This document shows, in pieces, positions 19,349 through 28,520 of a stretch of 64,000 nucleotides of DNA. The position numbers were made by a program, and so were the translations under genes. The notes beneath the pieces were generated by a model. That model did not search any database. It was not told the DNA's origin and was given only the letters and a program-made list of their open reading frames with translations. Within the stretch, counting starts at the first letter, position 1; every line of letters begins with the position of its first letter. Source of the stretch: Vicinamibacteria bacterium (GTDB lineage: Bacteria > Acidobacteriota > Vicinamibacteria > Marinacidobacterales > Marinacidobacteraceae); NCBI GenBank assembly GCA_963422395.1, contig OY729431.1:2304001-2368000 (forward strand), given 5' to 3'.

Positions 19349-19591
19349 CGCAGTGCGAAGCGCCGGCGGCGGGCGCTCAGGGCGCCGCGGCCGCCAAGGG
19401 TCAGCCCCGCTTCTGCAGCTCTCGGTAATCAGGACCCCGGAAGCCCGTCCGCTGGGTTCCCGGCCCCGGCGCGGATGCGGATCAGGAAACTCCGTTCCCG
19501 CTCCCGTTCGGGGCCGAGAAAGGAAAGTCGTCCGGCGGTGCGCTCATTTCCGACCCCCTTTTCCGAATGGCGGTTGCGTTGCGTACCCCTA

Positions 19592-19620
19592 TTTATATCG
19601 CGGCGCGACGGCTTTGTCAA
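19592..19620 (-). promoter_or_regulatory. Near-consensus sigma70 promoter
   Basis: Minus strand TTGACA-N17-TATAAA, in the gap upstream of the gene starting at 19348. Confidence 0.75.
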
Positions 19621-19654
19621 ACAGCGGCGGGGCGCCCCAGCCGGCTGTCCCCTT

Positions 19655-21475
19655 TCAGCGCGCGGACAGGTTCCCGTGGACGATCCGGCCCTCCACCATG
19701 GTGGCGAGGATCCGTTCGCGCATGGTGAAGAGCAGTTCGGGGTCGTCCTCGAGGGCGTCGAGTCCGGAAAGGTCGAGGACCACGAGATCCGCCAGCTTAC
19801 CGGGCTCGAGACTCCCGCGCCGATCCTCGTCGTGGGTCAGGAAGGCACCGTTCCAGGTATAGGAGCGCAGCGCCTCGGCGATGGTGACCGTCTCCTCGGC
19901 CCCGTGGACCACGCCGGACTTCTGATCCTTGCGGGTGAGCAGGGCGTAAAAGCCCATCCACGGGTCGTGGGTGGTCACCCCGTAGTCGGATCCCGAGGCC
20001 ATGACCACTCCGGAGCGCAGGTAGCTGCGGAACGGCTGCAGGCGCGCCATCCGCTCGGGGCCGGAGTTCGCCGCGAACGAGAAACCCTGCTGCCAGTTGA
20101 ACACCGGGTTGGTGGCCGCCACGATGCCGTAGCGGGCCATGTCCTCGAGGACGCGGGTCTTCGGCTCGATCGGGAAGTACGCGTGGATGACGCTCCAGCG
20201 CAGGTCGGGCGGAACGCCTTCAACGGCCATTTCGTCCAGCAGTTTCATGTAGAGGTCCACGGTCTGGCGCATCGCCTGGTCGCCACAGCTGTGGGTGTGG
20301 AGGTCCCAGCCGTGGCTGCGGATCGCCCGGTACTGAGCCTCGCGCTCGGGGTAGCCGGCGACCACTGGGTTTCCCAGATTTCGCTCGCCTTCCAGCTCGT
20401 CCCACATGTGGAACGGCTCGGACATCCAGGCACTCCTCGTCCCCACGCCCCCGTCGCCGTACACCTTGACCCCGCGCCAGCGGAGGAACCGGTCGCCGAG
20501 ATCGTTGATCCGGAGGGCGCCGAGGTGGGCGGAAATCGCCTCCGGCGCGTGGGTATTGAAGGTGCCTTCGTACACCGCAGCGATCCGCAGGCGCAGGTCC
20601 CCGCGGTTCGCAGCTTCCTGGTACACCCTCATGTTGTGTCCCATGCGGGAGGAGGGATCCACGATGGAGGTGACTCCGAGGGAGAGCAGTTCGGCGACGC
20701 CGAGCCGGACGCTCTCCACCTCGTCTTCGAATGCGGCCGGCGGCGGCCGCTGGGTCACCAGGCGGGAGGCACGGGAGCCGAGGAAGACGCCGGTCGGGAC
20801 TTCGCGCGTCACCCTCGCACCTTCGACCAGCACCTCACGCGGAGCGCGCAGGATCTGATCCTCGAAGGTGAAGTCTTCCGGGTCGTCGAGCCACCAGGAC
20901 GGCCAGCTCTCCGGATCGTCGTCAGCGATTCCCATGCGTCGGAACACTTCGGTGTTCACCGCGACGCCGCGGTACACGCGATAGAGCGCTACCGGATTGT
21001 CGGGGGCGGCTTCGTCGAGCTGCCAGCGGGTCACCATCTCCGGGTACTTGAACTGATCCCAACGGCGGCCCTCCACCCACTCGCCGGGAGCGTGGGCTCC
21101 GGCGGCGAGGCGCGCCCGCACCGCTTCCAGGATGTCCTCGGCCGAGGCGGCGTAGCTGAGCTCCACACCCTCGGCGATGTCGCGCCCGAGGGGAAGGAAG
21201 TGGATATGGGAGTCCTGTAGACCGGGAATGACCGTCCTGCCGGCGAGGTCGGCGGTTTCGGTGTTCGGGCCGGCGAGGGCGGCTACTTCTGCCGCGGTCC
21301 CCACCGCGACGACCCGGCCGTCCTTGATCGCGAGCGCCTGGACGATGCGGTCTTCGGCGTCCACGGTACGGATCTCGGCCCCGGTGAGCACCAGGTCCGG
21401 TTCGGGGTACCACTGCGCCGCCGCCCCAGCCGGGAACAGGGAAATCGAGAAGAACGCGGCGAGCCGGCGAAACAT
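19655..21475 (-). CDS. Amidohydrolase 3 (YtcJ-like), exported
   Basis: 'PGLQDSHIH', 'THSCGDQA', 'SVIHA', 'GSDY', 'RGSLEPGKLADLVVL'; signal peptide. Confidence 0.9.
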   Translation of the reverse strand: MFRRLAAFFSISLFPAGAAAQWYPEPDLVLTGAEIRTVDAEDRIVQALAIKDGRVVAVGTAAEVAALAGPNTETADLAGRTVIPGLQDSHIHFLPLGRDIAEGVELSYAASAEDILEAVRARLAAGAHAPGEWVEGRRWDQFKYPEMVTRWQLDEAAPDNPVALYRVYRGVAVNTEVFRRMGIADDDPESWPSWWLDDPEDFTFEDQILRAPREVLVEGARVTREVPTGVFLGSRASRLVTQRPPPAAFEDEVESVRLGVAELLSLGVTSIVDPSSRMGHNMRVYQEAANRGDLRLRIAAVYEGTFNTHAPEAISAHLGALRINDLGDRFLRWRGVKVYGDGGVGTRSAWMSEPFHMWDELEGERNLGNPVVAGYPEREAQYRAIRSHGWDLHTHSCGDQAMRQTVDLYMKLLDEMAVEGVPPDLRWSVIHAYFPIEPKTRVLEDMARYGIVAATNPVFNWQQGFSFAANSGPERMARLQPFRSYLRSGVVMASGSDYGVTTHDPWMGFYALLTRKDQKSGVVHGAEETVTIAEALRSYTWNGAFLTHDEDRRGSLEPGKLADLVVLDLSGLDALEDDPELLFTMRERILATMVEGRIVHGNLSAR

Positions 21476-21574
21476 GATCCTTCGCAGACTATATCTAGCT
21501 GTGACCTTGCGGATCGGCATGTGAGCCCGATGCCGACAGCGCGATACCCTGCTCTTTTTCTACGGAGAAGTCCC

Positions 21575-23299
21575 ATGCGTTCGACCTGCCTGCTCTCCGC
21601 TGCCGCGCTGCTCCTCGGCGCCTGCGGCGTCTCGGCCCCCGAAATCGGCGGGCCCGCCGACCTGGTGATGCTCGGCGGCCGGGTGGTGACCATGGACCCG
21701 TCGCTTCCGGAGGCGGAAGCGCTGGCAGTCCGGAACGGCCGGATCGCCGCGCTCGGCGGGACCCGGGAGATCGAGGCGACGATCGGTCCCGAGACCGAGG
21801 TGATCCAACTCGACGGACGGTTGGCGATTCCGGGGTTCATCGAGGGGCACGGCCACTTCATGGGGGTCGGGAACGCGCAGCGGATCCTCAAGCTCGGGGA
21901 AGCCGCGCACTGGAACCGGATCGTGGATCAGGTCGCCGAAGCGGTCGCGACGGCGTCCCCTGGGAGCTGGATCGAAGGCCGCGGCTGGCATCAGGAGAAG
22001 TGGGACGAGGTTCCCCCCGGAGCCGTGGAAGGACTGCCCCACCATCTCGGGCTCTCGGAGATCTCCCCCGACAACCCGGTGCTGCTCCGCCATGCGAGCG
22101 GGCACGCTGCCTTCGCCAACGCCCTCGCCATGGAGCTGGCCGGAATCGACCGGAGCACTCCCGACCCGCCGGGAGGCACGATCGTGCGGGATTCCGAGGG
22201 CAACGCCACCGGGGCGCTCCGGGAGACCGCCCAACGGCTGGTCGCCCGCGCCCGGGACCGGGTGATGGCGGAACGGAGCGAAGCGGAACAGCACGCCGAG
22301 CGCGAGCTGCAGTTCGAACTGGCGGCCGAGGAATCGCTGCGCAAGGGCGTCACCAGCTTCCAGGACGCCGGGGCCTCGTTCGAGACGATCTCCTTCTTCC
22401 GCGAGATGGCCGAGACGGGCCGGTTGCCGGTCCGGCTCTATGTGATGGTGCGGGGCGAGTCCAACGAGGAGCTCGACGCACGGCTCTCCGAATTCCGGAT
22501 GGTGCACCACGCCGACGGTCTTCTGACCGTGCGTTCCATCAAGCGGCAGGTGGACGGCGCGCTCGGCGCGCACGGCGCTTGGCTGCTCGAGCCGTACGAC
22601 GACATGCCCGCGAGCTCCGGGCTCGTGATCGAGGAAGTGGAAGACATCGAGGAGACCGCGCGGATCGCCATCCGGCACGGGTTCCAGGTGAACACCCACG
22701 CGATCGGGGATCGCGGGAACCGGGAGATCCTCGACGCCTACCAGCGCGCCTTCGAGGCGGCGAATGTTTCCGGAGCGGAGCTGAGGTTCCGGATCGAGCA
22801 CGCGCAGCACATCCACCCCGACGACATCCCGCGCTTCGGAGAGCTCGGCGTGATCGCCTCGATGCAGGCCGTGCACGCCACCTCGGACGGCCCCTGGGTG
22901 CCCGAGAAGCTGGGCGGCGAACGAGCGCGGAGCGGAGCGTATGTCTGGCGGTCGCTGCTCGATTCGGGCGCAGTGGTGACGAACGGGACCGACGCTCCGG
23001 TAGAGGACCTCGACCCGATCCCCAGCTTCCATGCGACGGTCACTCGACAGCTCCCCGACGGGAGCCGGTTCCATCCCGAACAGGCGCTCAGCCGCGAAGA
23101 GGCGCTCTACTCGTACACCATGGCGAACGCGTTCGCCGCGTTCGAGGAGGATGTCAAGGGGAGCCTCACCCCTGGCAAGTACGCGGACATCGTGGTGCTG
23201 TCGAAGGACATCCTCAGCGTGCCCGAAGACGAGATCCCGGACGCCGAGGTAGCGTTGACCATCGTGGGCGGGCGAGTGGCCTACCGGGCCGACGAGTAG
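21575..23299 (+). CDS. Amidohydrolase 3 (YtcJ-like) lipoprotein
   Basis: LGAC lipobox; 'PGFIEGHGH', 'THAIGDRG', 'RIEHAQ', 'KGSLTPGKYADIVVL'. Confidence 0.92.
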   Translation: MRSTCLLSAAALLLGACGVSAPEIGGPADLVMLGGRVVTMDPSLPEAEALAVRNGRIAALGGTREIEATIGPETEVIQLDGRLAIPGFIEGHGHFMGVGNAQRILKLGEAAHWNRIVDQVAEAVATASPGSWIEGRGWHQEKWDEVPPGAVEGLPHHLGLSEISPDNPVLLRHASGHAAFANALAMELAGIDRSTPDPPGGTIVRDSEGNATGALRETAQRLVARARDRVMAERSEAEQHAERELQFELAAEESLRKGVTSFQDAGASFETISFFREMAETGRLPVRLYVMVRGESNEELDARLSEFRMVHHADGLLTVRSIKRQVDGALGAHGAWLLEPYDDMPASSGLVIEEVEDIEETARIAIRHGFQVNTHAIGDRGNREILDAYQRAFEAANVSGAELRFRIEHAQHIHPDDIPRFGELGVIASMQAVHATSDGPWVPEKLGGERARSGAYVWRSLLDSGAVVTNGTDAPVEDLDPIPSFHATVTRQLPDGSRFHPEQALSREEALYSYTMANAFAAFEEDVKGSLTPGKYADIVVLSKDILSVPEDEIPDAEVALTIVGGRVAYRADE

Positions 23300-23301
23300 C
23301 C

Positions 23302-24141
23302 GTGCGCTTCGCCACTCTCCTCGTCCCCGGACGGGGCGAGACCCCCGCCCTGATCTCCGCGGACGGGACCCGATACCACCCGCTGCCCGGACCGGAGCCG
23401 CTCGCGGACCGGCTCGACGGGCCCCTCCCCCGACTCCGTCCGGACTGGAGCGCAGCTCCCCTCCTCTCCGGAGTCCGGTTCGCCCCGCTGATCCCGCGGC
23501 CGGGGGCGGTGTGGTGCGTAGGGCTCAACTACGAGGACCACCGCCTCGAGACCGGGCGGGCGAAGGCCGCCTGGCCCACCCTGTTCACTCGGTTTCCGGC
23601 GTGCCTCCTCGGCCACCGGGAGCCGCTCATGCGGCCGGCGGTCTCGCGGGAGCTCGACTACGAGGGCGAGCTCGCCGTGGTGATCGGCAGGACCGGCAGG
23701 CATATCTCCGAGGCGGCGGCGCTTGACCAGGTGGCCGGGTACGCCTGTTTCGACGACGGCTCGGTGCGGGACTACCAAGGGCACAGCAGCCAGTTCGGGC
23801 CAGGGAAGAACTTCTTCCGCACCGGCGCCCTCGGACCCTGGCTGGTCACCGCCGACGAGGTTCCCGATCCTCAGGACCTGTCCATCGAGACTCGGCTGAA
23901 CGGAGAGGTGATGCAGCGGAGCCACACCTCGCAGATGACCTGGAGCGTCCGCGAGCTGATCGCCTATCTCTCCCGGATCACTCCCCTCTTTCCCGGGGAT
24001 GTGATCGCCACCGGTACCCCTTCGGGGATCGGAGCGGCCCGCGACCCGCAGCGGTTTCTGAAGCCGGGAGATGTGGTCGAGGTGGAGATCGGGGGAATCG
24101 GGACGCTCCGCAACGGAGTGGTGGACGAGGCGGTTGCGTGA
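23302..24141 (+). CDS. Fumarylacetoacetate hydrolase family protein
   Basis: 'CVGLNYEDH', 'LDYEGELAVVIG', 'PGDVIATGTPSGIG'. Confidence 0.92.
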   Translation: MRFATLLVPGRGETPALISADGTRYHPLPGPEPLADRLDGPLPRLRPDWSAAPLLSGVRFAPLIPRPGAVWCVGLNYEDHRLETGRAKAAWPTLFTRFPACLLGHREPLMRPAVSRELDYEGELAVVIGRTGRHISEAAALDQVAGYACFDDGSVRDYQGHSSQFGPGKNFFRTGALGPWLVTADEVPDPQDLSIETRLNGEVMQRSHTSQMTWSVRELIAYLSRITPLFPGDVIATGTPSGIGAARDPQRFLKPGDVVEVEIGGIGTLRNGVVDEAVA

Positions 24142-24211
24142 CGAAGCCGCCGATGCCGGAAAACGGCAGGAAGGTGGCGGGCAGCGCTCCAACAGCGGGA
24201 AAGAAGAAGTA

Positions 24212-25058
24212 GCGGGGAGGGGATCCCCCCTCCCCGCGAAACGGGCGGAGAGAATCGCGCCAGCGATTCCCCGCCGCCTGGCTGGGGAAGAAGCGCCCGC
24301 TCCAACGAAAAGACGCCCGAGACCATCGTCGTACGAAGCCGCCGCAGGGCGCTTCTCACCCAGCCCAGTCCCAGGGGTGGGGTGCGGGGAGGGGATCCCC
24401 CCTCCCCGCGAAATGGGCGGAGAGAATCGCGCCAGCGATTCCCCGCCGCCTGGCTGGGGAAGAAGCGCCCGCTCCAACGAAAAGACGCCCGAGACCATCG
24501 TCGTACGAAGCCGCCGCAGGGCGCTTCTCACCCAGCCCAGTCCCAGGGTGGGGTGCGGGGAGGGGATCCCCCCTCCCCGCGAAATGGGCGGAGAGAATCG
24601 CGCCAGCGATTCCACTCCGCCTGGCTGGGGAAGAAGCGCCCGCTCCAACGAAAAGACGCCCGAGACCATCGTCGTACGAAGCCGCCGCAGGGCGCTTCTC
24701 ACCCAGCCCAGCCCCAGGGGTGGGGTGCGGGGAGGGGATCCCCCCTCCCCGCGAAACGGGCGGAGAGAATCGCGCCAGCGATTCCCCGCCGCCTGGCTGG
24801 GGAAGAAGCGCCCGCTCCAACGAAAAGACGCCCGAGACCATCGTCGTACGAAGCCGCCGCAGGGCGCTTCTCACCCAGCCCAGCCCCAGGGGTGGGGTGC
24901 GGGGAGGGGATCCCCCCCTCCCCGCGAAATAGGCGGAGAGAATCGCGCCAGCGATTCCCCGCCGCCTGGCTGGGGAAGAAGCGCCCGCTCCAACGAAAAG
25001 ACGCCCGAGACCATCGTCGTACGAAGCCGCCGCAGGGCGCTTCTCACCCAGCCCAGTC
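24212..25058. repeat. Intergenic tandem array of a ~172-bp multi-hairpin unit (about 4.9 copies)
   Basis: Unit starts at 24212, 24384, 24555, 24727 and 24899. Copies are nearly identical and have no spacers. Three stem-loops per unit. Confidence 0.95.
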
Positions 25059-26052
25059 AGTAGCCGCGGTTCCGGTTAACCACATTCCGGAGCCTTCGCC
25101 CGGCGAAGTGGCGGGCCAGGTTGTCGAGGGCGATGCGGAAGACCTCGGGGACATAGCGCTCGATGTCGTCGGCTCCGACATGCGGGGTGAGGATCAGGTT
25201 CGGGGCATTCCAGAGCGGGCTCTCGGGGGGATGGGGTTCGGGCCAGGCCACATCGAGGAAGGCGCCGCCGAGCCGGCCGCTCTCGAGCGCCGCCGCCAAG
25301 GCCGGCTGGGAGATCAACCGGCCGCGCCCGAGATTCACGACCCCCGCACCTTCGGGAAGGAGGGCGATCTCGCACTCCCCCAGGATTTCGCGCGTGTCGG
25401 GAGTGAGCGGGGCGGCGAGGACCACATAGTCGGCGCGGGGCAGCGCGCGGTGGAGGTCTCCGGGGGCGAACAGCTCGTCCACGAAGCGATGGGGCCTGGC
25501 GGTGCGCCGGACCCCGAGAACGCGCATCCCGAGGGTACGCGCCGCCCGGGCGGCCCCGGTGCCCACCGCGCCGAGGCCGATCACGAGCGCGGTTCTTCCC
25601 GGGAGAGTCCCGGTCTGGACCTTCCGCCACTCCCGCCGCCGCTGGTGTGCGAGGAGCTGCGGCAGCCGGGTGTGGAGCGCTACCAGGCCCATCAGGACAT
25701 ATTCGAAGGATTTGCCGGTGTGGACTCCGCTCGCAGTGAGCAGTTGCACCCCGGGCGGCAGCCAGTCGAGCGGGTAGAGGTGATCCACTCCGGCGCCGAT
25801 GAGCTGGACCCAGCGGAGGTTCGGGGCCCGCGCTCCGAGACCCTCGCGCGGGAATTTCCAGCCGACCAGCACCTCGGCGTCGCGCACGCCCGCGAGGAAA
25901 CCCGCCTCGTCGTCCGAGTAGCTGGGACGCAGGCGGGCGAAGGTCTCCGGGAAGGCGCGGCCGGCCGCTTCGAACCGTTCGCGATCCAAGCGGTAGTAAC
26001 CCCCCTCTCCCGGATCGGTAGCGAAGTGGATGCGGAGGGTTTCTGGAGTCAC
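25057..26052 (-). CDS. D-2-hydroxyacid dehydrogenase (NAD-binding)
   Basis: 'GAGVDH', 'IGLGAVG', 'PLTPDT', 'VNLGRG', 'FLDV...EP', 'LILTPHVG'. Confidence 0.92.
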   Translation of the reverse strand: MTPETLRIHFATDPGEGGYYRLDRERFEAAGRAFPETFARLRPSYSDDEAGFLAGVRDAEVLVGWKFPREGLGARAPNLRWVQLIGAGVDHLYPLDWLPPGVQLLTASGVHTGKSFEYVLMGLVALHTRLPQLLAHQRRREWRKVQTGTLPGRTALVIGLGAVGTGAARAARTLGMRVLGVRRTARPHRFVDELFAPGDLHRALPRADYVVLAAPLTPDTREILGECEIALLPEGAGVVNLGRGRLISQPALAAALESGRLGGAFLDVAWPEPHPPESPLWNAPNLILTPHVGADDIERYVPEVFRIALDNLARHFAGRRLRNVVNRNRGY

Positions 26053-26121
26053 CGGCTCACCTCACCGGTCCGGAGGCCCGGAAGCGAAGACGCCGGGCCG
26101 GCGATGTCCGGAACGGGTGAG

Positions 26122-26478
26122 CTAGAAGAACGCTTTCTTCTCCACCACATAGATCCGGTGGAACTCTTCGTCGCTCTTCGTCAGGAAGATGATGAACTCG
26201 ACCAGGGCGATCACGCCGGTCGCGATGTTCGGCAGAAATGCCAAGATCCAAGTGAAGAAGAGTCCGACCGTATTCACCAGCAGGAAGATGGCTCCAATGC
26301 CCGGCCGGCCGAGATAGAACTTGTGGGCGCCGAACCACCCGAGGAAGAAAGCGAGGATGGCGGCGGTCGTTCGGTTCGGCGACGCGGATCCTGTCGATCG
26401 GGGTGCGGGCGGCGGTGGAGATGCGGGCGCGGGCGGCGGTGGAGATGCGGGAGGAAGGGGTGGAGTGGAATCGGTCAT
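26122..26478 (-). CDS. TM2 domain membrane protein
   Basis: 'AAILAFFLGWFGAHKFYLG', 'LVEFIIFLTKSDEEF'. Confidence 0.9.
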   Translation of the reverse strand: MTDSTPPLPPASPPPPAPASPPPPAPRSTGSASPNRTTAAILAFFLGWFGAHKFYLGRPGIGAIFLLVNTVGLFFTWILAFLPNIATGVIALVEFIIFLTKSDEEFHRIYVVEKKAFF

Positions 26479-26603
26479 GGTAGAAGTTTCCTCGTTCCCG
26501 GAGGAGGCGGCGACGGTACCACGGCGGGGACGCCCCGCGCAGCAGACTCCTGACCGGGACAGCGGTCGCGGCGGCCCCGCCGAAACGGAGACAATCCGCT
26601 GCC

Positions 26604-28397
26604 ATGACCCCTCCGAAAAATCCCCCTTCCCACAACCCTCCCTCTCTCCCCGGCCCTTCGCCGGGGCCGGCGCGCCTAGCTTGGAACCGCCGCCGGTTCG
26701 TCGCTGGGCTTTCGGGACTCGGGCTCGGATCCACCCTCCTGCCAGGCACCCTCACCGCCTGCGCCGGCGATTCCGAAACGGTCACGGTAGGCATGTTGCG
26801 CAACGCGCAGCGGCTCGCCGGGCTCGATCTGGGCGACGACGAACTCGCGGCAGTCGCCGAGCGGCTGAACGGTGAACGCAGTTCGATGGACTCCTACCGC
26901 GGCATCCGCGAGCCCGAGATCGAGAACCACTTGCCGCCGTCTTTCGTCTTCCATCCGCTGCCGCCGGGGAAGCCCATGCCGGAGATTCCGGAACCGGCGA
27001 GCGGGCTCCGCTACTCGAAGCCGACGATAGCGCGGCCGGAGTCCGAAACCGACCTGGCGTTCCTTCCGGTGACCCATCTCGCCCGGCTGATCGAATCCCG
27101 CGAGCTCACTTCCAGCGAACTCACCGAGCTGTATCTGGCGCGCCTCCGGGAATTCGATCCCGTCCTGCACTGCGTCGTGAACCTGACCGAGGACCTCGCG
27201 CGCCAGCAGGCGGCGCGCGCCGACGAGGAGATCGCCGCTGGCGGCTACCGCGGCCCGCTGCACGGCATCCCCTGGGGCGCGAAGGATCTGCTCGCCGTCC
27301 GCGGCACGAAGACGACCTGGGGCGCCTCGCCGTACCGCGAGCAGACGATCGATGAGGACTCGACCGTCTATCGCAAGCTGACCGAAGCCGGCGCGGTGCT
27401 CGTCGCCAAGCTCACCATGGGGGCGCTCGCACAAGGGGACCGCTGGTTCGGCGGCCGAACCCGAAACCCCTGGAACACCGAGCAGGGATCGAGCGGCTCT
27501 TCCGCGGGGCCGGGTTCGGCGACCGCGGCCGGCCTCGTCGGATTCTCGATCGGAACCGAGACCCGGGGCTCGATCATCTCACCCTCGACCCGAAACGGGA
27601 TCACCGGGCACCGCCCGACCTTCGGGCGGGTGAGCCGGGCGGGAGCGATGGCGCTCTCCTGGACGATGGACAAGATCGGGCCGATGTGCCGGAGCGCCGA
27701 GGACTGCGCGCTGGTGTTCGAGGCGATCCGCGGCGCGGACGGCCTCGATCGGGCGGTCCACGACCCGCCCTTCGGCTGGGACGCGAGCGCCGACCCGACT
27801 GCGCTCCGGGTGGGATACGACCGGGCAGCGGTGGAAGATGCCATCGAGGACGATCCGGAAAATCCGGAACGAACGGCGGCGGCGCGGACCGCGCAGGCCA
27901 ACACCCGGGCGGCGATCGAAGTACTCCAGGGGATCGGGGTGCGCATCACTCCGTTCGAGCTGCCGGAACTCGGCTGGGAGGACCTCGGCTTCGTACTGAC
28001 CACCGAATCCGCCGCAGCGCACGACGCGCTGACCCGAAGCGGGGCCGACCTCGCGATGAAGCAGCCGCCCGAAGAGAGCCGCTGGCCCGACTCGTTCCGC
28101 CTGCACCGCTTCGTACCGGCAGTGGAGTACATCCAGGCGATGCGGGTGCGCACCCGCATCATGCGGGAGTTCGATGAAGCCCTGGGCGATCTGGACCTGT
28201 TCCTCGGCTCCCGCCTGGGACTCACGAACCTGACCGGACACCCCGAGGTCTCGATGCCGAACGGCTATCACCAAGGCTCGCCGACGAGCCTTCGGATGAC
28301 CGGCAAGCTCTACGGAGATACCGAGATCCTGACCCTCGCCCACGCCTACCAGCAGGCGACGGACTTCCACCTCCGCAAACCGCCGGTGGGCGGCTGA
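26604..28397 (+). CDS. Amidase signature family protein, Tat (lipo)protein
   Basis: NRRRFV Tat motif and LTAC; 'GPLHGIPWGAKD', 'GSSGSSAG', 'GTETRGSIISP'. Confidence 0.92.
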   Translation: MTPPKNPPSHNPPSLPGPSPGPARLAWNRRRFVAGLSGLGLGSTLLPGTLTACAGDSETVTVGMLRNAQRLAGLDLGDDELAAVAERLNGERSSMDSYRGIREPEIENHLPPSFVFHPLPPGKPMPEIPEPASGLRYSKPTIARPESETDLAFLPVTHLARLIESRELTSSELTELYLARLREFDPVLHCVVNLTEDLARQQAARADEEIAAGGYRGPLHGIPWGAKDLLAVRGTKTTWGASPYREQTIDEDSTVYRKLTEAGAVLVAKLTMGALAQGDRWFGGRTRNPWNTEQGSSGSSAGPGSATAAGLVGFSIGTETRGSIISPSTRNGITGHRPTFGRVSRAGAMALSWTMDKIGPMCRSAEDCALVFEAIRGADGLDRAVHDPPFGWDASADPTALRVGYDRAAVEDAIEDDPENPERTAAARTAQANTRAAIEVLQGIGVRITPFELPELGWEDLGFVLTTESAAAHDALTRSGADLAMKQPPEESRWPDSFRLHRFVPAVEYIQAMRVRTRIMREFDEALGDLDLFLGSRLGLTNLTGHPEVSMPNGYHQGSPTSLRMTGKLYGDTEILTLAHAYQQATDFHLRKPPVGG

Positions 28398-28482
28398 CCG
28401 CCGCGCCGCGACAGACCGCAAGACCCCCGCAGGAAAGACCCCTAAAGGGGCGAGCCCGAAGGCGAGAGCCGCGATGGAGACG

Positions 28483-28509
28483 GGGGGAGAGCCTGCCAGG
28501 CTCTCCCCC
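28483..28509. terminator. GC-rich hairpin between convergent genes (terminator or REP-like element)
   Basis: gggggagagcct-gcc-aggctctccccc is a perfect 12-bp stem. No clear U-tract. Confidence 0.5.
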
Positions 28510-28520
28510 TTCCCCGCGTC

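Noticed and set aside
24212-25058. CRISPR array or integron attC array
   Set aside because: Units are about 172 bp and nearly identical with no unique spacers or cassettes. No cas or integrase gene is present, and there is no proper RYYYAAC/GTTRRRY pair.
23281-25063. Long ORFs running through the 172-bp array
   Set aside because: They are translations of the repeat in shifting frames and have no SD or protein motif.
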